Positions 38,357-48,242 of a stretch of 64,000 nt of DNA are shown piece after piece (position 1 is the first letter of the stretch; every line of letters starts with the position of its first letter). The stretch is from Myxococcota bacterium (GTDB taxonomy: Bacteria; Myxococcota_A; UBA9160; JAFDDA01), in the NCBI GenBank assembly GCA_965228475.1, contig OZ245817.1, positions 1,248,001-1,312,000 on the forward strand, written 5' to 3'. Below the pieces are notes generated by a model. The model saw only the letters and a list, made by a program, of their open reading frames with translations. It made no database searches and had not been told where the DNA came from. The position numbers and the translations under genes are program-made.

Positions 38357-40213
38357 ATGAGCCTCGTCGGAAACCTCGAGGACCTCGGTCTCGGGGACAT
38401 CATGCAGATCATCACGCTCTCCCGGAAATCGGGAGCGCTGTGCCTGCGTTCGGACCAGCGGGAAGGCCGCGTCGTCTTCCGCGATGGGCTCGTGTGCTGT
38501 GCGGCGGTGAAGGGCCGGACGCCGGACCTGCGCGGTCTGGTCGTGGGCGAAGGCGCGCTGACCGACGAGGCCTTCGAAGCCGCCCAGGCCGACGCCTCCG
38601 CGCGCTCCGTCGAGCTGGCCGTCGCCCTGGCCGACGCCCTCACGCCGGCCCGCTTCGAAACGCTGCGGCGCGAATGCGTGGAAGCGGCCGTGCTCGAGAT
38701 GTTCGGCTGGGAGACCGGCGACTTCAGCTTCGAGGTCGGCGAGGACGCCCCGGACGACGACTTCGCGGTGGTCCTCGAGGCCGGGATCAACGCCCAGTAC
38801 CTCGCCATGGAAGGGACCCGGCGGACCGACGAGGATCGCCACGAGGCGGCGGCCGACCCGGGCGACGTCGCGAGCTTCGCCGACCTGGCCGAAGAGATCG
38901 ACGAGGAGGACGCCGCCGAAGCCGCCCCCGAGGTCGTGGCGGCCCCGGACGCAGGCCCGGCGGACGCCGTCGAAGCCGTGGCCTTCGCCAGCGTCCAGCG
39001 TGTCGAAGAATCGGACGGGACCGTGCCTCCCGTCGACGAAGCGGCCCAGACCGTTCCTCCGGCCGACGAAGCGGCCTTGCCGCCCGCCGTGGCGGTCGCC
39101 GCGCCCGAGGCAACCGAAGCCGTCGCCGAAGCGACCGTTCCTCCCGCGCCCGTCCGCACCGAGGCGGCGGTGGAAGAGGCTTTCGCCAGCGCGCTCTACG
39201 GCGCCGGCGGCTCGGACTCGGACCAGGAAGCCGTCGTCGAAGCGGCGCCGCCCGCCGACCTGCCCGCGCCCGCGGAGCGCCCGCCGGTGGTGATCGTCGA
39301 CGCGGCCCTTCCGCTGCTCGAGTGGCTGAAGGACACCCTCGAAGGGGCCTTCCCGCGCATCCACATCTTCCAGCAGGCGGAGCTCGCCGTCGGGCGCCTG
39401 CGCCAGTACGTGGCCCGCGGCGACTGGCCGCTCGTCCTGATCTCGCCGACGCTGCCCATCGACGGCGCCCACGGCTGGAACGACGTCGACGAACTCGTCG
39501 CCCGGATCAAGAGGCAGTCGCCGCGCTCGGTGGTCCTCTGGCTCGGTGAGCGGGGGGAGATCGGGCCCGCCGACGGCGAGGTCGTGCGCCCGCCGGACCC
39601 CTCGGTGGTGCACCTGTCCGGCCGGGATCCCCTGGTCGGGGAATCCCTGCGCAACTCGCTGCTCTCCGCGATCGGCGGGGTCGCCTCGGCGGAACTCGCG
39701 AACACCGCGACGACGCTCGGCTTCGAGGAAGTCCGCGCGCGTCTGGCCGACCCGGAAGTGCGCGGTGAGGTCCTGAATCTGGCGCTCGGCTTCGCGGGCG
39801 GCGTCTTCCGCCGCGTGGCGCTGTTCGCGGTGCGCGGCAACGAGGCCACCGGCCTCGCCCAGAGCCGCCTCGCGGTCGCCGGGGGGCCCGACGACGAGGC
39901 GCTCCAGGCGATCCGCGTCCGCGTCGCCGAATCGGCCTGGCTCGCCCGCCTGGTCGAGACCCGCTCGCCCGTCCGCGGACCGGCCGAGGGGGAAGAGGAC
40001 GCGCGCCTCTGTGCCCAGCTCGGCGACGCCCTGCCGGCGGACGCCTGGCTCGGCCCCGTGGTGTCGGGCGGCCAGGTGGTGGCTTTCCTCTACGGGGACG
40101 AGCTTCCCGAGGACCGCCGCGTCGGCCCGACCGGCGAACTCGAGACCGTCCTCGCCGATGCCGGCCGCGCGCTCGACGCCGCCGTCGCCGAACGCGCCCA
40201 GGGCGAGCGCTAG
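38357..40213 (+). CDS. DUF4388 (PATAN-like) protein with acidic linker, degenerate receiver-like and GAF-like C-terminal regions
   Basis: MSLVGNLEDLGLGDIMQIITLSRKSGAL, FGWETGDFSF; C-terminal GPVVSGGQVVAFLYGD. Confidence 0.75.
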   Translation: MSLVGNLEDLGLGDIMQIITLSRKSGALCLRSDQREGRVVFRDGLVCCAAVKGRTPDLRGLVVGEGALTDEAFEAAQADASARSVELAVALADALTPARFETLRRECVEAAVLEMFGWETGDFSFEVGEDAPDDDFAVVLEAGINAQYLAMEGTRRTDEDRHEAAADPGDVASFADLAEEIDEEDAAEAAPEVVAAPDAGPADAVEAVAFASVQRVEESDGTVPPVDEAAQTVPPADEAALPPAVAVAAPEATEAVAEATVPPAPVRTEAAVEEAFASALYGAGGSDSDQEAVVEAAPPADLPAPAERPPVVIVDAALPLLEWLKDTLEGAFPRIHIFQQAELAVGRLRQYVARGDWPLVLISPTLPIDGAHGWNDVDELVARIKRQSPRSVVLWLGERGEIGPADGEVVRPPDPSVVHLSGRDPLVGESLRNSLLSAIGGVASAELANTATTLGFEEVRARLADPEVRGEVLNLALGFAGGVFRRVALFAVRGNEATGLAQSRLAVAGGPDDEALQAIRVRVAESAWLARLVETRSPVRGPAEGEEDARLCAQLGDALPADAWLGPVVSGGQVVAFLYGDELPEDRRVGPTGELETVLADAGRALDAAVAERAQGER

Positions 40214-40290
40214 CCGGACCCGGCGCCCGCGCCCTCACGCCGCCGCCTGCGGGAAAGCCGCCGAGGACGCCCCAGGCTCCCGGTTTCCCT

Positions 40291-40317
40291 TCAAGCCGCC
40301 CCCGGTCGCGCCGATAC
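40291..40317 (+). promoter_or_regulatory. sigma28/FliA-like promoter motif
   Basis: TCAA-N15-GCCGATAC (canonical sigma28 is TAAA-N15-GCCGATAA), upstream of cheY-cheA. Confidence 0.65.
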
Positions 40318-40361
40318 GTTCCGTGTCGAATTCCCGAGCGTTTTCGCGGAGGAGAGGTGGC

Positions 40362-40742
40362 ATGCAGCGCATCCTCATCGTCGAGGATTCCGAGACCATG
40401 CGCGCCCTGTTGGCTTCCACGTTGGAGGAGCTTTCGGGGGGTGTGAAGATCACCGAGGCCGCGAGTGGTTTCGAAGCGCTGCGCTGTCTTCCGCGCGACA
40501 GCTACGACCTCATCGTGACCGACATCAACATGCCCGACATCAACGGGCTCGAACTCGTTTCCTTCGCGAAGAGCAACGACGCGTATCGCGACATCCCGCT
40601 CATCATCATCTCGACCGAAGGTTCGGATCGCGACCGCGAGCGCGGCATGTCGCTCGGTGCCGACGCGTACCTCGTCAAGCCGTTCGATCCGGACGAGCTG
40701 CGCGAGGTGGCGACCGGCTTGCTGGAACGGCGGGCGGGGTAG
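40362..40742 (+). CDS. cheY: CheY-like single-domain response regulator
   Basis: ILIVEDS, TDINMP, ISTE, VKPF. Confidence 0.9.
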   Translation: MQRILIVEDSETMRALLASTLEELSGGVKITEAASGFEALRCLPRDSYDLIVTDINMPDINGLELVSFAKSNDAYRDIPLIIISTEGSDRDRERGMSLGADAYLVKPFDPDELREVATGLLERRAG

Positions 40743-40745
40743 CGC

Positions 40746-42932
40746 GTGGCCGCGAGACGTGGCAAAGGCGAGCGCCGAACCAAGGCGCAGCGCGAGTTCC
40801 TCTCGGAAGCGGAGGAACTCGTCGATCGCATGAAGAGCGACCTCGCGGACCTCGAGGACGCGAGCGAGGGCGAGGTCGACCCCGAGCTGCTGAACGGTCT
40901 GTTCCGCCACGCCCATTCGCTCAAGGGGCTCGCCGGCATGTTCGGCGCCGAGAACATCTCGCACCTCTCCCATCGCCTCGAGGACGCACTCGATGCGCTG
41001 CGCCTCGGGCGCGTCGTGCTCGACGAGGCCGTCACCGGGGTGATGCGCGACTCCGCCGCGGAGCTCACGGAGCTGCTCGCCGAGCTCGGCGACGAGAGTG
41101 CGGAGGAGGCCGCCTCGGAGCGCGTGCGCGCACTCGTCGGACGGATCGACACCGTCTGCCGGACCGAGGTCCAGGGCCCGGACGAACTCGAGGATCTGAG
41201 TCTCGACCCGACCCTGTTGCGCGCATTGACGGAGTACGAAGAGCACCGCCTGCGCGAGAACGTCCGCCGGGGGCGCGGCATCCTGCTCGTGGAGGCGACC
41301 TTCGAGATCCTGTCCTTCGACGAGGGCCTGGCCGAGGTCGGCCGGGCCGTTCGCGAGGTCGGCGAGCTGATCTCGACGCTGCCCTCGCCCGGCGATGCCC
41401 CCGAATCCCAGATCCGCTTCGCGCTGCTCGTCGCGGCGAACGTCGGCGCTTCGGCGCTGCGCGCCCGCATGGACTCGCCCCACGTGAGCGTCACCGAGGT
41501 CACGCCGGGGGACGCGGCGGGAGTCAGCCCCCAGACCGTCGTCGCCGGAGCTGCGGCCGCGCCCGGCGCGGAGGAGGCCGACTCCGCGATCGCATCCCCG
41601 GAAGCCGCCCCGGCCTCCGCGAGCGGCGGGACCGCTCCGGCCGAAGCGTCCGCCGTGGCGCGCCCCGAAGCTCCGGCCGCGGCCGCTACGGGGTCGGAGC
41701 CCCAGGCCGGCGGGGAGGACATCGGATCGCTGCGCTCGATCAGTGAGACGGTGCGCGTGGACATCCGCAAGCTCGACGAGCTGATGAACCTGGTCGGAGA
41801 GCTGGTGATCCAGCGCGGTGCGGTGGAGTCCGTGGCCCGTCGGCTGATGCAGGACTCGCGGACCGCGCGCATCGGTTCGGAGCTCTCGAAGACGCACCAG
41901 CTCCTGGACCGCAAGCTCCGCGAGCTCCAGGCCGGCGTGCTCGAAGTCCGGATGGTTCCGCTGCGGCAGGTCTTCGAGAAGCTCTCCCGGGTGGGCCGCC
42001 GCCTGCGCCGGGATCTCGGGAAGTCCGTGCGCCTCGAACTCAACGGGGGCGAGACGGAGCTCGACAAGCTGATCGTCGAGCAGCTGGTCGACCCGCTCAT
42101 GCACGTCGTCCGCAACGCCTTCGACCACGCCATCGAGACCGAGACCGAGCGCGTCGCCGCGGGCAAGGAGGCCGAGGGCTTCATCCGCTTCGACGCCTTC
42201 CAGCGCGGCAACCACGTGGTGATCGAGGTGTCGGACGACGGCCGCGGAATCGACCCCGACGCCGTACGCCAGCGAGCCGAGGCCATCGGACTCGTCGCGC
42301 CCGGCGAGGAGCTCTCGGACCGGGAAGCCCTCGACCTGATCTTCCATCCGGGCTTCTCGACCCGGGAGGAGGTCACGTCGACCAGTGGCCGGGGCGTCGG
42401 CATGGACGTCGTGAAGTCGAACCTCACGAGCTTCGGCGGCATGGTCGAGGTGTCCTCGACCTTCGGACGCGGCACGTGCGTGACCATGACCCTGCCCACC
42501 ACGCTCGCGATCATCCAGGCCCTGGTGGTCGAGGTGGGGGACCAGACCTACGCGATTCCGCTCACCTCGGTCCTCGAGACCCTCGTCGTGGAGCGCGAGG
42601 CGATCCAGCGCAGCGACGGCCGTGAGCTCCTGAACGTGCGCGGGGCCGCGCTGCCCCTGCGGCGCCTGGCCAAGGAGTTCGACGTCGTCCCCCGCTCCGG
42701 CGCGGGAGAGACCGAGTTCGTGGTGGTGCTCGGCCTCGGCGATTCGCGCGTGGGCCTGATCGTCGACGAGCTCGTCGGGCAGCAGGACGCGGTGGTCAAG
42801 CCGATCCAGGGGCCGGTCGCCGACATCCCGGGTGTCGCGGGTGCGACGGAGCTCGGAGATCAGAACGCCGTGCTCGTGCTCGACGTCACGACCTTCATCG
42901 AGGGTGTCCACCGCCGAAAGGACGCGGCATGA
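40746..42932 (+). CDS. cheA: chemotaxis histidine kinase CheA
   Basis: Hpt FRHAHSLKG, VRVDIRKLDELMNLVGEL, HVVRNAFDH, SGRGVGMDVV, C-terminal CheW domain. Confidence 0.96.
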   Translation: MAARRGKGERRTKAQREFLSEAEELVDRMKSDLADLEDASEGEVDPELLNGLFRHAHSLKGLAGMFGAENISHLSHRLEDALDALRLGRVVLDEAVTGVMRDSAAELTELLAELGDESAEEAASERVRALVGRIDTVCRTEVQGPDELEDLSLDPTLLRALTEYEEHRLRENVRRGRGILLVEATFEILSFDEGLAEVGRAVREVGELISTLPSPGDAPESQIRFALLVAANVGASALRARMDSPHVSVTEVTPGDAAGVSPQTVVAGAAAAPGAEEADSAIASPEAAPASASGGTAPAEASAVARPEAPAAAATGSEPQAGGEDIGSLRSISETVRVDIRKLDELMNLVGELVIQRGAVESVARRLMQDSRTARIGSELSKTHQLLDRKLRELQAGVLEVRMVPLRQVFEKLSRVGRRLRRDLGKSVRLELNGGETELDKLIVEQLVDPLMHVVRNAFDHAIETETERVAAGKEAEGFIRFDAFQRGNHVVIEVSDDGRGIDPDAVRQRAEAIGLVAPGEELSDREALDLIFHPGFSTREEVTSTSGRGVGMDVVKSNLTSFGGMVEVSSTFGRGTCVTMTLPTTLAIIQALVVEVGDQTYAIPLTSVLETLVVEREAIQRSDGRELLNVRGAALPLRRLAKEFDVVPRSGAGETEFVVVLGLGDSRVGLIVDELVGQQDAVVKPIQGPVADIPGVAGATELGDQNAVLVLDVTTFIEGVHRRKDAA

Positions 42933-43441
42933 GCGCGGTCGATCCCCACTCCGGCGCCTGGGACGAACTCGCCCGCGAGGCGACCCTGCGCCGCCAGGGC
43001 GGCGAGAAAGAGTCGGAGCTCATCCGGGAGTTCCTGGCCTTCGACGTCGGCGACACGATCTACGCCGTCGCGATCGAACGGGTCCGGGAGATCCTCCGCA
43101 TGCGGCCGATCACGCCCGTCCCGCGGGTGCCGGAGATGGTCGTCGGTGTGATCTCGATCCGCGGCGAGATCGTCGAGGTGCTCGACCTCCGGCGGCGGCT
43201 CGGGCTGTCGGCCATCGAGGCCAACCGGCGAACGCGCATCGTCGTGGTCCACGGCGAAGACGGCCGCGTGACCGGTTGCATGGTGGATCAGGTGCGCGAG
43301 GTGCTCCGCATTCCGGAGCGGATGATTCGACCGCCCGCCGAGGCGGACATGGAAAACGTCTTGGGTCTGTGCGAACGGGGCGACGACTTCGTCTCGATGC
43401 TCGACCTCGACCAGGTGCTGGAACTTGAGCGGACTCGCTGA
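42929..43441 (+). CDS. cheW: CheW
   Basis: ITPVPRVPEMVVGVISIRGEIVEVLDL. Confidence 0.93.
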   Translation: MSAVDPHSGAWDELAREATLRRQGGEKESELIREFLAFDVGDTIYAVAIERVREILRMRPITPVPRVPEMVVGVISIRGEIVEVLDLRRRLGLSAIEANRRTRIVVVHGEDGRVTGCMVDQVREVLRIPERMIRPPAEADMENVLGLCERGDDFVSMLDLDQVLELERTR

Positions 43442-43919
43442 AACGATCGAACTCGACGACGGCCGCACCGATCTCGCCTGCTTCGAGATCGGCGGCAACT
43501 GCTACGCGATCGAGGTCACGTACGTCCGGGAAATCGTCCACAGCGAGGCCGCCACGCCGCTGCCGAAGGCGCCGGCCTTGATCGAGGGCGTGATCGATCT
43601 GCGCGGCGCGGTCGTCCCCATCGTGGATCTCGGCTGCGTGCTCTCCGGGGAGGCCGTGAAGGAGGGCCCCCAGGCGCGCATCGCCGTGGTCGAGGTCGAC
43701 GGCATGGTCTTCGGCATGCGGGTCGAGGCGGCCACCCAGGTCGTCTCGGTCGATGCCGCCCGCCTCGAAGCGCCGCCCGCACTCGCGACCCAGGGCGGAT
43801 ACGACGCCGTGCGCGCCGTGCTCCGCCGGTCCGACGACTCGCCGATCCTGGTCCTTTCGATCGAACATCTCCTCGAGGCCATCTACCGCTCGGCGGCCTC
43901 GAGCGCGGAGGCCCCGTGA
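43425..43919 (+). CDS. cheW: CheW (second)
   Basis: TPLPKAPALIEGVIDLRGAVVPIVDL. Confidence 0.92.
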   Translation: MSGLAETIELDDGRTDLACFEIGGNCYAIEVTYVREIVHSEAATPLPKAPALIEGVIDLRGAVVPIVDLGCVLSGEAVKEGPQARIAVVEVDGMVFGMRVEAATQVVSVDAARLEAPPALATQGGYDAVRAVLRRSDDSPILVLSIEHLLEAIYRSAASSAEAP

Positions 43920-46495
43920 TGAGCGCCCCGTCCGTCTCCACGGAAACGCTGCCGAGCGGAAGGCAGCTTCGCAAGCGCCACGTGGTCACGACGCTCCTGA
44001 CGTCGGTCCTCTCTCTCGCCCTGATCTCCGGGTATCTCGTCGCGCTGCTCTCCCTGACGCCCGGGCAGTGGGAGGTCTTCTTCACGGCGCTCTTCGTCCT
44101 GGTGCCGCTGATCCTCGCGCTCCAGTGGGCGGTGATCGATCGCGCGATCTGGACGCCGGTCGAGGCCTATCTCGACGCGGCGCCCGAGGCGCGGACGACG
44201 GAGCTGTGCCGGGAGGCCTTCCGGGCCGTCGTCCACCTCCCCCGTTACATGGGGACCTGGGGGCTCTTCTGGTACGGCGCGGGCGGTGCCGTCCTCACTC
44301 TCTGGGTGGTGGTCGGCGGCGGCATCACCGCCTACGCCGCCTCGATCATCATGACGGCGGCGATCACGGGAGGGTTCGTCGGCGTCCTGTTCAGCTTCTT
44401 CTCCGCGAAGGTGCTGCTCGCGCCGACGCGGGAGCATCTCGCCAGCGAGCTGCCGGACCTCGCGGACCGAGCCAGTCTCATCCGCGGTTTGAGCCTCCGG
44501 AAGAAGGTGATCGGCGCGGTGACCGGGGTGACCCTCGTCGTGGTCGTCTTCGCGATCTTCCTGGCCCAGGTCCGCGCGTCGCGGAGCATCGAGACCGCAA
44601 CGCTGAGGATCCAGAACGTCGTTCTCGCGCGAGCCGCCGAAGACTTCGAGAACTCGCTCTCGGAGGTCGACGTGACCGAAGAGATGCGGGCCCTCGACAT
44701 CCAGTTCCTTCTGCTCGACCCGAAGACCGGCGGCGTCTTCGAAGGGCGCCCCGATGCCCTCTCGGCCTTCGAGGTCGAGGCGGTCCGCCAGGCTCTCGAA
44801 CTGGAACCCTTCGGCGACAGCCGCGCCTTCGACTCCCGGAACGCCTTCTCCTGGCAGGCGCTGCGGGACGGCCGCGTCCTCGTGGCCTACACGCCGTGGA
44901 CGGCCATCTCGAGCAGCTCCGCCGACCTGTGGGTCATCTTCGGATTGCTGCTCGGAACGTCCAGCCTGCTCGCGCTCGGGCTCGGCCTCGCGCTCTCCCG
45001 GGAGATCTGCTCCGGCATCGAGGCGGTCCGGAGCGAAGCCATGCGCCTCGGCGCGGGCGACCTCTCTCCCGGCCGCGTCTACGAATCCGAAGACGAGATC
45101 GGTGATCTCGCGCGCGGGTTCCAGCAGATGGCGGGCTTCCTGCGTTCGACGGTCGGCAGCGTGGCCGAAGCCGCCGACCGGGTCGAGAACGCCGCCGCGG
45201 AGTTCGCCTCCGTCGGTGACGCCGTGGCCGAAGCCACGGGCGCCCAGCGCAAGGCCGTGTCCCAGGCCGGCGAGTCGATGCTCCGGATCCGCGGCGAAGT
45301 CCAGGGCATCGCGGCGTCGTCCCAGGATCTGAACACCTTCATGGAAGAGTCCTCGAGCTCGGTGGCCGAACTCGGTGCCGTCGGCGAGGAACTCAGCCAG
45401 AACGCACAGGTGCTGTCCGCGAAGGTCGACGAGTCCTCGAGCTCCGTCGAGGAGATGATCCGCAGCGTCTCGGAGGTCTCGCGCAACGCGGAGGGCCTCC
45501 ACGAAGCGGCGAGCGAGACCTCGAGCAGCATGGAAGAGATGGCCGCGAGCATGCGGGAGGTCGAGACCAACGCCTCCGAGACCGCGCGCCTGTCGAGCGA
45601 GGTCGCCCGGATGGCGGACGAGGGCCGCGACAAGGTGCGGCAGACGATCGACGGGATGTACGCGATCCGCGAAGCGACGGACACCGCGCAGCACGTGATC
45701 AAGAGCCTCGGCGAGCGGGCGAAGGAGATCGGCGCCGTGGTCGAGGTGATCGACGACGTCGCGGACGAGACGAACCTGCTCGCGCTGAACGCGGCGATCA
45801 TCGCCGCCCAGGCGGGCGATCACGGTCGCTCGTTCTCGGTCGTGGCGGACGAGATCAAGGAGCTCGCCGACCGGGTCCTCGCCAGCACCAAGGAGATCGG
45901 CGGCCAGATCCGGGCCGTGCAGGAAGAGAGTGCGAACGCGGTCGGGGCCATCGAGTCCGGGTCGGAGAGCGTCCAGAGCGGCGTCGACCTCTCGGCGGAG
46001 GCGGGCGTGGCGCTCGAGCAGATCACGGATGCGGCCCGGGACGCCGGAGACCGAATCGTCGAGATCGTTACGGCGGTGCAGGAGCAATCGAAGGCCAGCG
46101 CCCACGTCGTGGCCCTGATGGATCGCGTCGGAAGCGGCGTCGATCAGATCCGGGTGGCCGGCCAGGAGCAGGATCGCAGCAACCAGGTCGTGCTCGAGGG
46201 CTGCACGACGATGCGCGACGTCGCCGCCCAGGTCCGGCTCACCACCGACGAGCAGAGCCGCGGGTCCAACCGCATCGGCGAATCCGTCGAGAGCGTTCGC
46301 GAGGCGGTCGAGAAGATCAACCATTCGCTTCAGGAACAGTCCCGGGCGTGCGGTCAGGCCGCCGAGTTCCTGAACGACGTCAACGACAACACGGCCACCA
46401 ATCAGCAGTCGACCGAGCGCATGCGCGAGGCGATGCGCGGGTTGGTGCAGCAGGCGGAGTCGCTGCGCGAGAGCGTGCAGCGTTTCCGCCTCTGA
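43916..46495 (+). CDS. methyl-accepting chemotaxis protein, multi-TM, very long signalling domain
   Basis: About 6 TM segments, HAMP (EDEIGDLARGFQQM), tip ETNLLALNAAIIAAQAGDHGRSFSVVADEI. Confidence 0.93.
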   Translation: MMSAPSVSTETLPSGRQLRKRHVVTTLLTSVLSLALISGYLVALLSLTPGQWEVFFTALFVLVPLILALQWAVIDRAIWTPVEAYLDAAPEARTTELCREAFRAVVHLPRYMGTWGLFWYGAGGAVLTLWVVVGGGITAYAASIIMTAAITGGFVGVLFSFFSAKVLLAPTREHLASELPDLADRASLIRGLSLRKKVIGAVTGVTLVVVVFAIFLAQVRASRSIETATLRIQNVVLARAAEDFENSLSEVDVTEEMRALDIQFLLLDPKTGGVFEGRPDALSAFEVEAVRQALELEPFGDSRAFDSRNAFSWQALRDGRVLVAYTPWTAISSSSADLWVIFGLLLGTSSLLALGLGLALSREICSGIEAVRSEAMRLGAGDLSPGRVYESEDEIGDLARGFQQMAGFLRSTVGSVAEAADRVENAAAEFASVGDAVAEATGAQRKAVSQAGESMLRIRGEVQGIAASSQDLNTFMEESSSSVAELGAVGEELSQNAQVLSAKVDESSSSVEEMIRSVSEVSRNAEGLHEAASETSSSMEEMAASMREVETNASETARLSSEVARMADEGRDKVRQTIDGMYAIREATDTAQHVIKSLGERAKEIGAVVEVIDDVADETNLLALNAAIIAAQAGDHGRSFSVVADEIKELADRVLASTKEIGGQIRAVQEESANAVGAIESGSESVQSGVDLSAEAGVALEQITDAARDAGDRIVEIVTAVQEQSKASAHVVALMDRVGSGVDQIRVAGQEQDRSNQVVLEGCTTMRDVAAQVRLTTDEQSRGSNRIGESVESVREAVEKINHSLQEQSRACGQAAEFLNDVNDNTATNQQSTERMREAMRGLVQQAESLRESVQRFRL

Positions 46496-46586
46496 ACGGA
46501 TCGAGAATCGGAGCGGTCCCGCCTCTCGGCGGACCGGAGGACCAAGCGGTTCCGCGTCGGAGCGGGCCGGGAAGGGAAGGAAGAAC

Positions 46587-48242
46587 ATGATCGCGGCATG
46601 TCCCGAGTGTCGGACCCAGTACCGCGTCGATCCCGGGAGGCTTTCCGGCGATGGCGTGCGCCTGCGCTGCACGCAGTGCCAGACGGTCTTCCGGGTGCGC
46701 GCGCCCGAGGTGGCGTCCGAGCCGCCCGCATCGCCCGAGGTGCAGGGCATCGCGCCTCCCGCTCCCGAGCCTTCGCCTGCGGCTCCCGAACCTTCGCCCG
46801 CCGCCGCCCCGAGTGGAATGAACCCGCCGGCGCCGCAGGCCCTCGAAGCGTCGTCGTCGCCCACGGATCCCTCTCCGCCGCCGGCGGACGTCGCGCCTCC
46901 GGCGCCCGCGCCGGTGACGCCGCCGGAAGGCAACGCCTGGAACCCGCGGCTGGTGCTGGTCGCGACGCCGGACGCCGAGAGCGCCAAGCGCTGCGTCGAG
47001 ACGCTTCAATCCTGGGGGCTCGAAGCCGAGTCCGCCCACGACGGCGTCGAGGCGCTGCTGAAGATCCACCGCCTCTGGCCGGCCGCGGTCGTGCTCGACC
47101 CGCAGCTCCCGAAGATGTTTGGTTTCCAGGTCTGCGAGGTCGTGAAGCGCAACGAGACCCTCCGCCGCATCGGCGTGGTCCTGATCGGTGCGATCCATCA
47201 TCCGGACCGGTACCGCCGCAACCCGCAGGAGCTCTACGGCGCGGACGCCTACGTCGAGGAGCCGGACCTGCCGGAGGGCCTCGCGCCGATCCTCCGCGAC
47301 CTTGGGCTGCCGCTGTCGCTGCCCGTCGAAGGAGCGGTGCCGGGTGCCTCCTTCGAGCCCCCCCAGCCGCCGCCGGTTCCGGCGGCCGCGGCACCGCCCG
47401 CTCCCGAGCTCACGGCTCCGCCGATGCCCGCCGCCGCCCCGGACCCCGGGATGACGATGCCGCCGCCGATTCCGGTGGAGGCCGCGCAGCCGGCCCCCGC
47501 CGCTTCGCAGCCGGGCCCCGCCGCTTCGCCGACGGTTCCGGATCTCTCGCTCCCGCCCGCGCCGCCTGCCGACCTCACGCTTCCGCCGGCTCCGGACCTG
47601 ACCGTCCCGCCGGCCCCGGAAGCGGCCGCGCCCGCGATGTCCGAGTTCGACATCCCCGACCCGGATGCCACCGCCGTGAGCCCGGCGCCGATGGAAGCGG
47701 CCGTCGCGCCGGAGCCGGTGCCGCCCGCGCCCCCGCCGGCCGTCGCGCCGCCGCTCGAAGCCGTCGCTGCCGAGCCCGAGCCGATCGAGTTCGGGACGGA
47801 GCCGGTGGAGCCCGCGCCGGGAGCCATGCCCGAGCCGCTTCCCGAACTCGAGCCCTTCCCGGAGGCCGAGGCCGCCGCGCCGGTCGTCGAAGAGGCGGAA
47901 GTCGCGTCCATCGTCGAAGAGGCCGGACCGGTTCTCGAAGAGGCCGCACCGGTTCTCGAAGAGGCCGCACCGGTCGTCGAAGAGGCGACGGCCGCGGCCG
48001 AGGACCCCGCCTTCGAACAGGCCGAACGGCTCGCGCGCATCATCGTTTCCGACGTCGTGCTCTACAACGAGGACAAGTTCCGCACCGCGTGCGAAGCCGG
48101 GAACGTGGTGGAGGCCATGGAGGCGGACCTCGCCGATGGCCGTGCCCACTTCGCTTCCCGGGTTCCGGAGCACGTCCGGAATGCGCGGGACTTCCTGGCC
48201 GACGAGCTGATGCGCGTCGCCCGTTCGCGGGGCATGGCCTGA
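46587..48242 (+). CDS. zinc-ribbon (MJ0042-type) + atypical receiver + Pro/Glu-rich linker protein
   Basis: CPEC...CTQC, VVLDPQLPKMFGFQV, C-terminal AERLARIIVSDVVLYN; EEAAPVL repeats at 47916-47978. Confidence 0.8.
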   Translation: MIAACPECRTQYRVDPGRLSGDGVRLRCTQCQTVFRVRAPEVASEPPASPEVQGIAPPAPEPSPAAPEPSPAAAPSGMNPPAPQALEASSSPTDPSPPPADVAPPAPAPVTPPEGNAWNPRLVLVATPDAESAKRCVETLQSWGLEAESAHDGVEALLKIHRLWPAAVVLDPQLPKMFGFQVCEVVKRNETLRRIGVVLIGAIHHPDRYRRNPQELYGADAYVEEPDLPEGLAPILRDLGLPLSLPVEGAVPGASFEPPQPPPVPAAAAPPAPELTAPPMPAAAPDPGMTMPPPIPVEAAQPAPAASQPGPAASPTVPDLSLPPAPPADLTLPPAPDLTVPPAPEAAAPAMSEFDIPDPDATAVSPAPMEAAVAPEPVPPAPPPAVAPPLEAVAAEPEPIEFGTEPVEPAPGAMPEPLPELEPFPEAEAAAPVVEEAEVASIVEEAGPVLEEAAPVLEEAAPVVEEATAAAEDPAFEQAERLARIIVSDVVLYNEDKFRTACEAGNVVEAMEADLADGRAHFASRVPEHVRNARDFLADELMRVARSRGMA

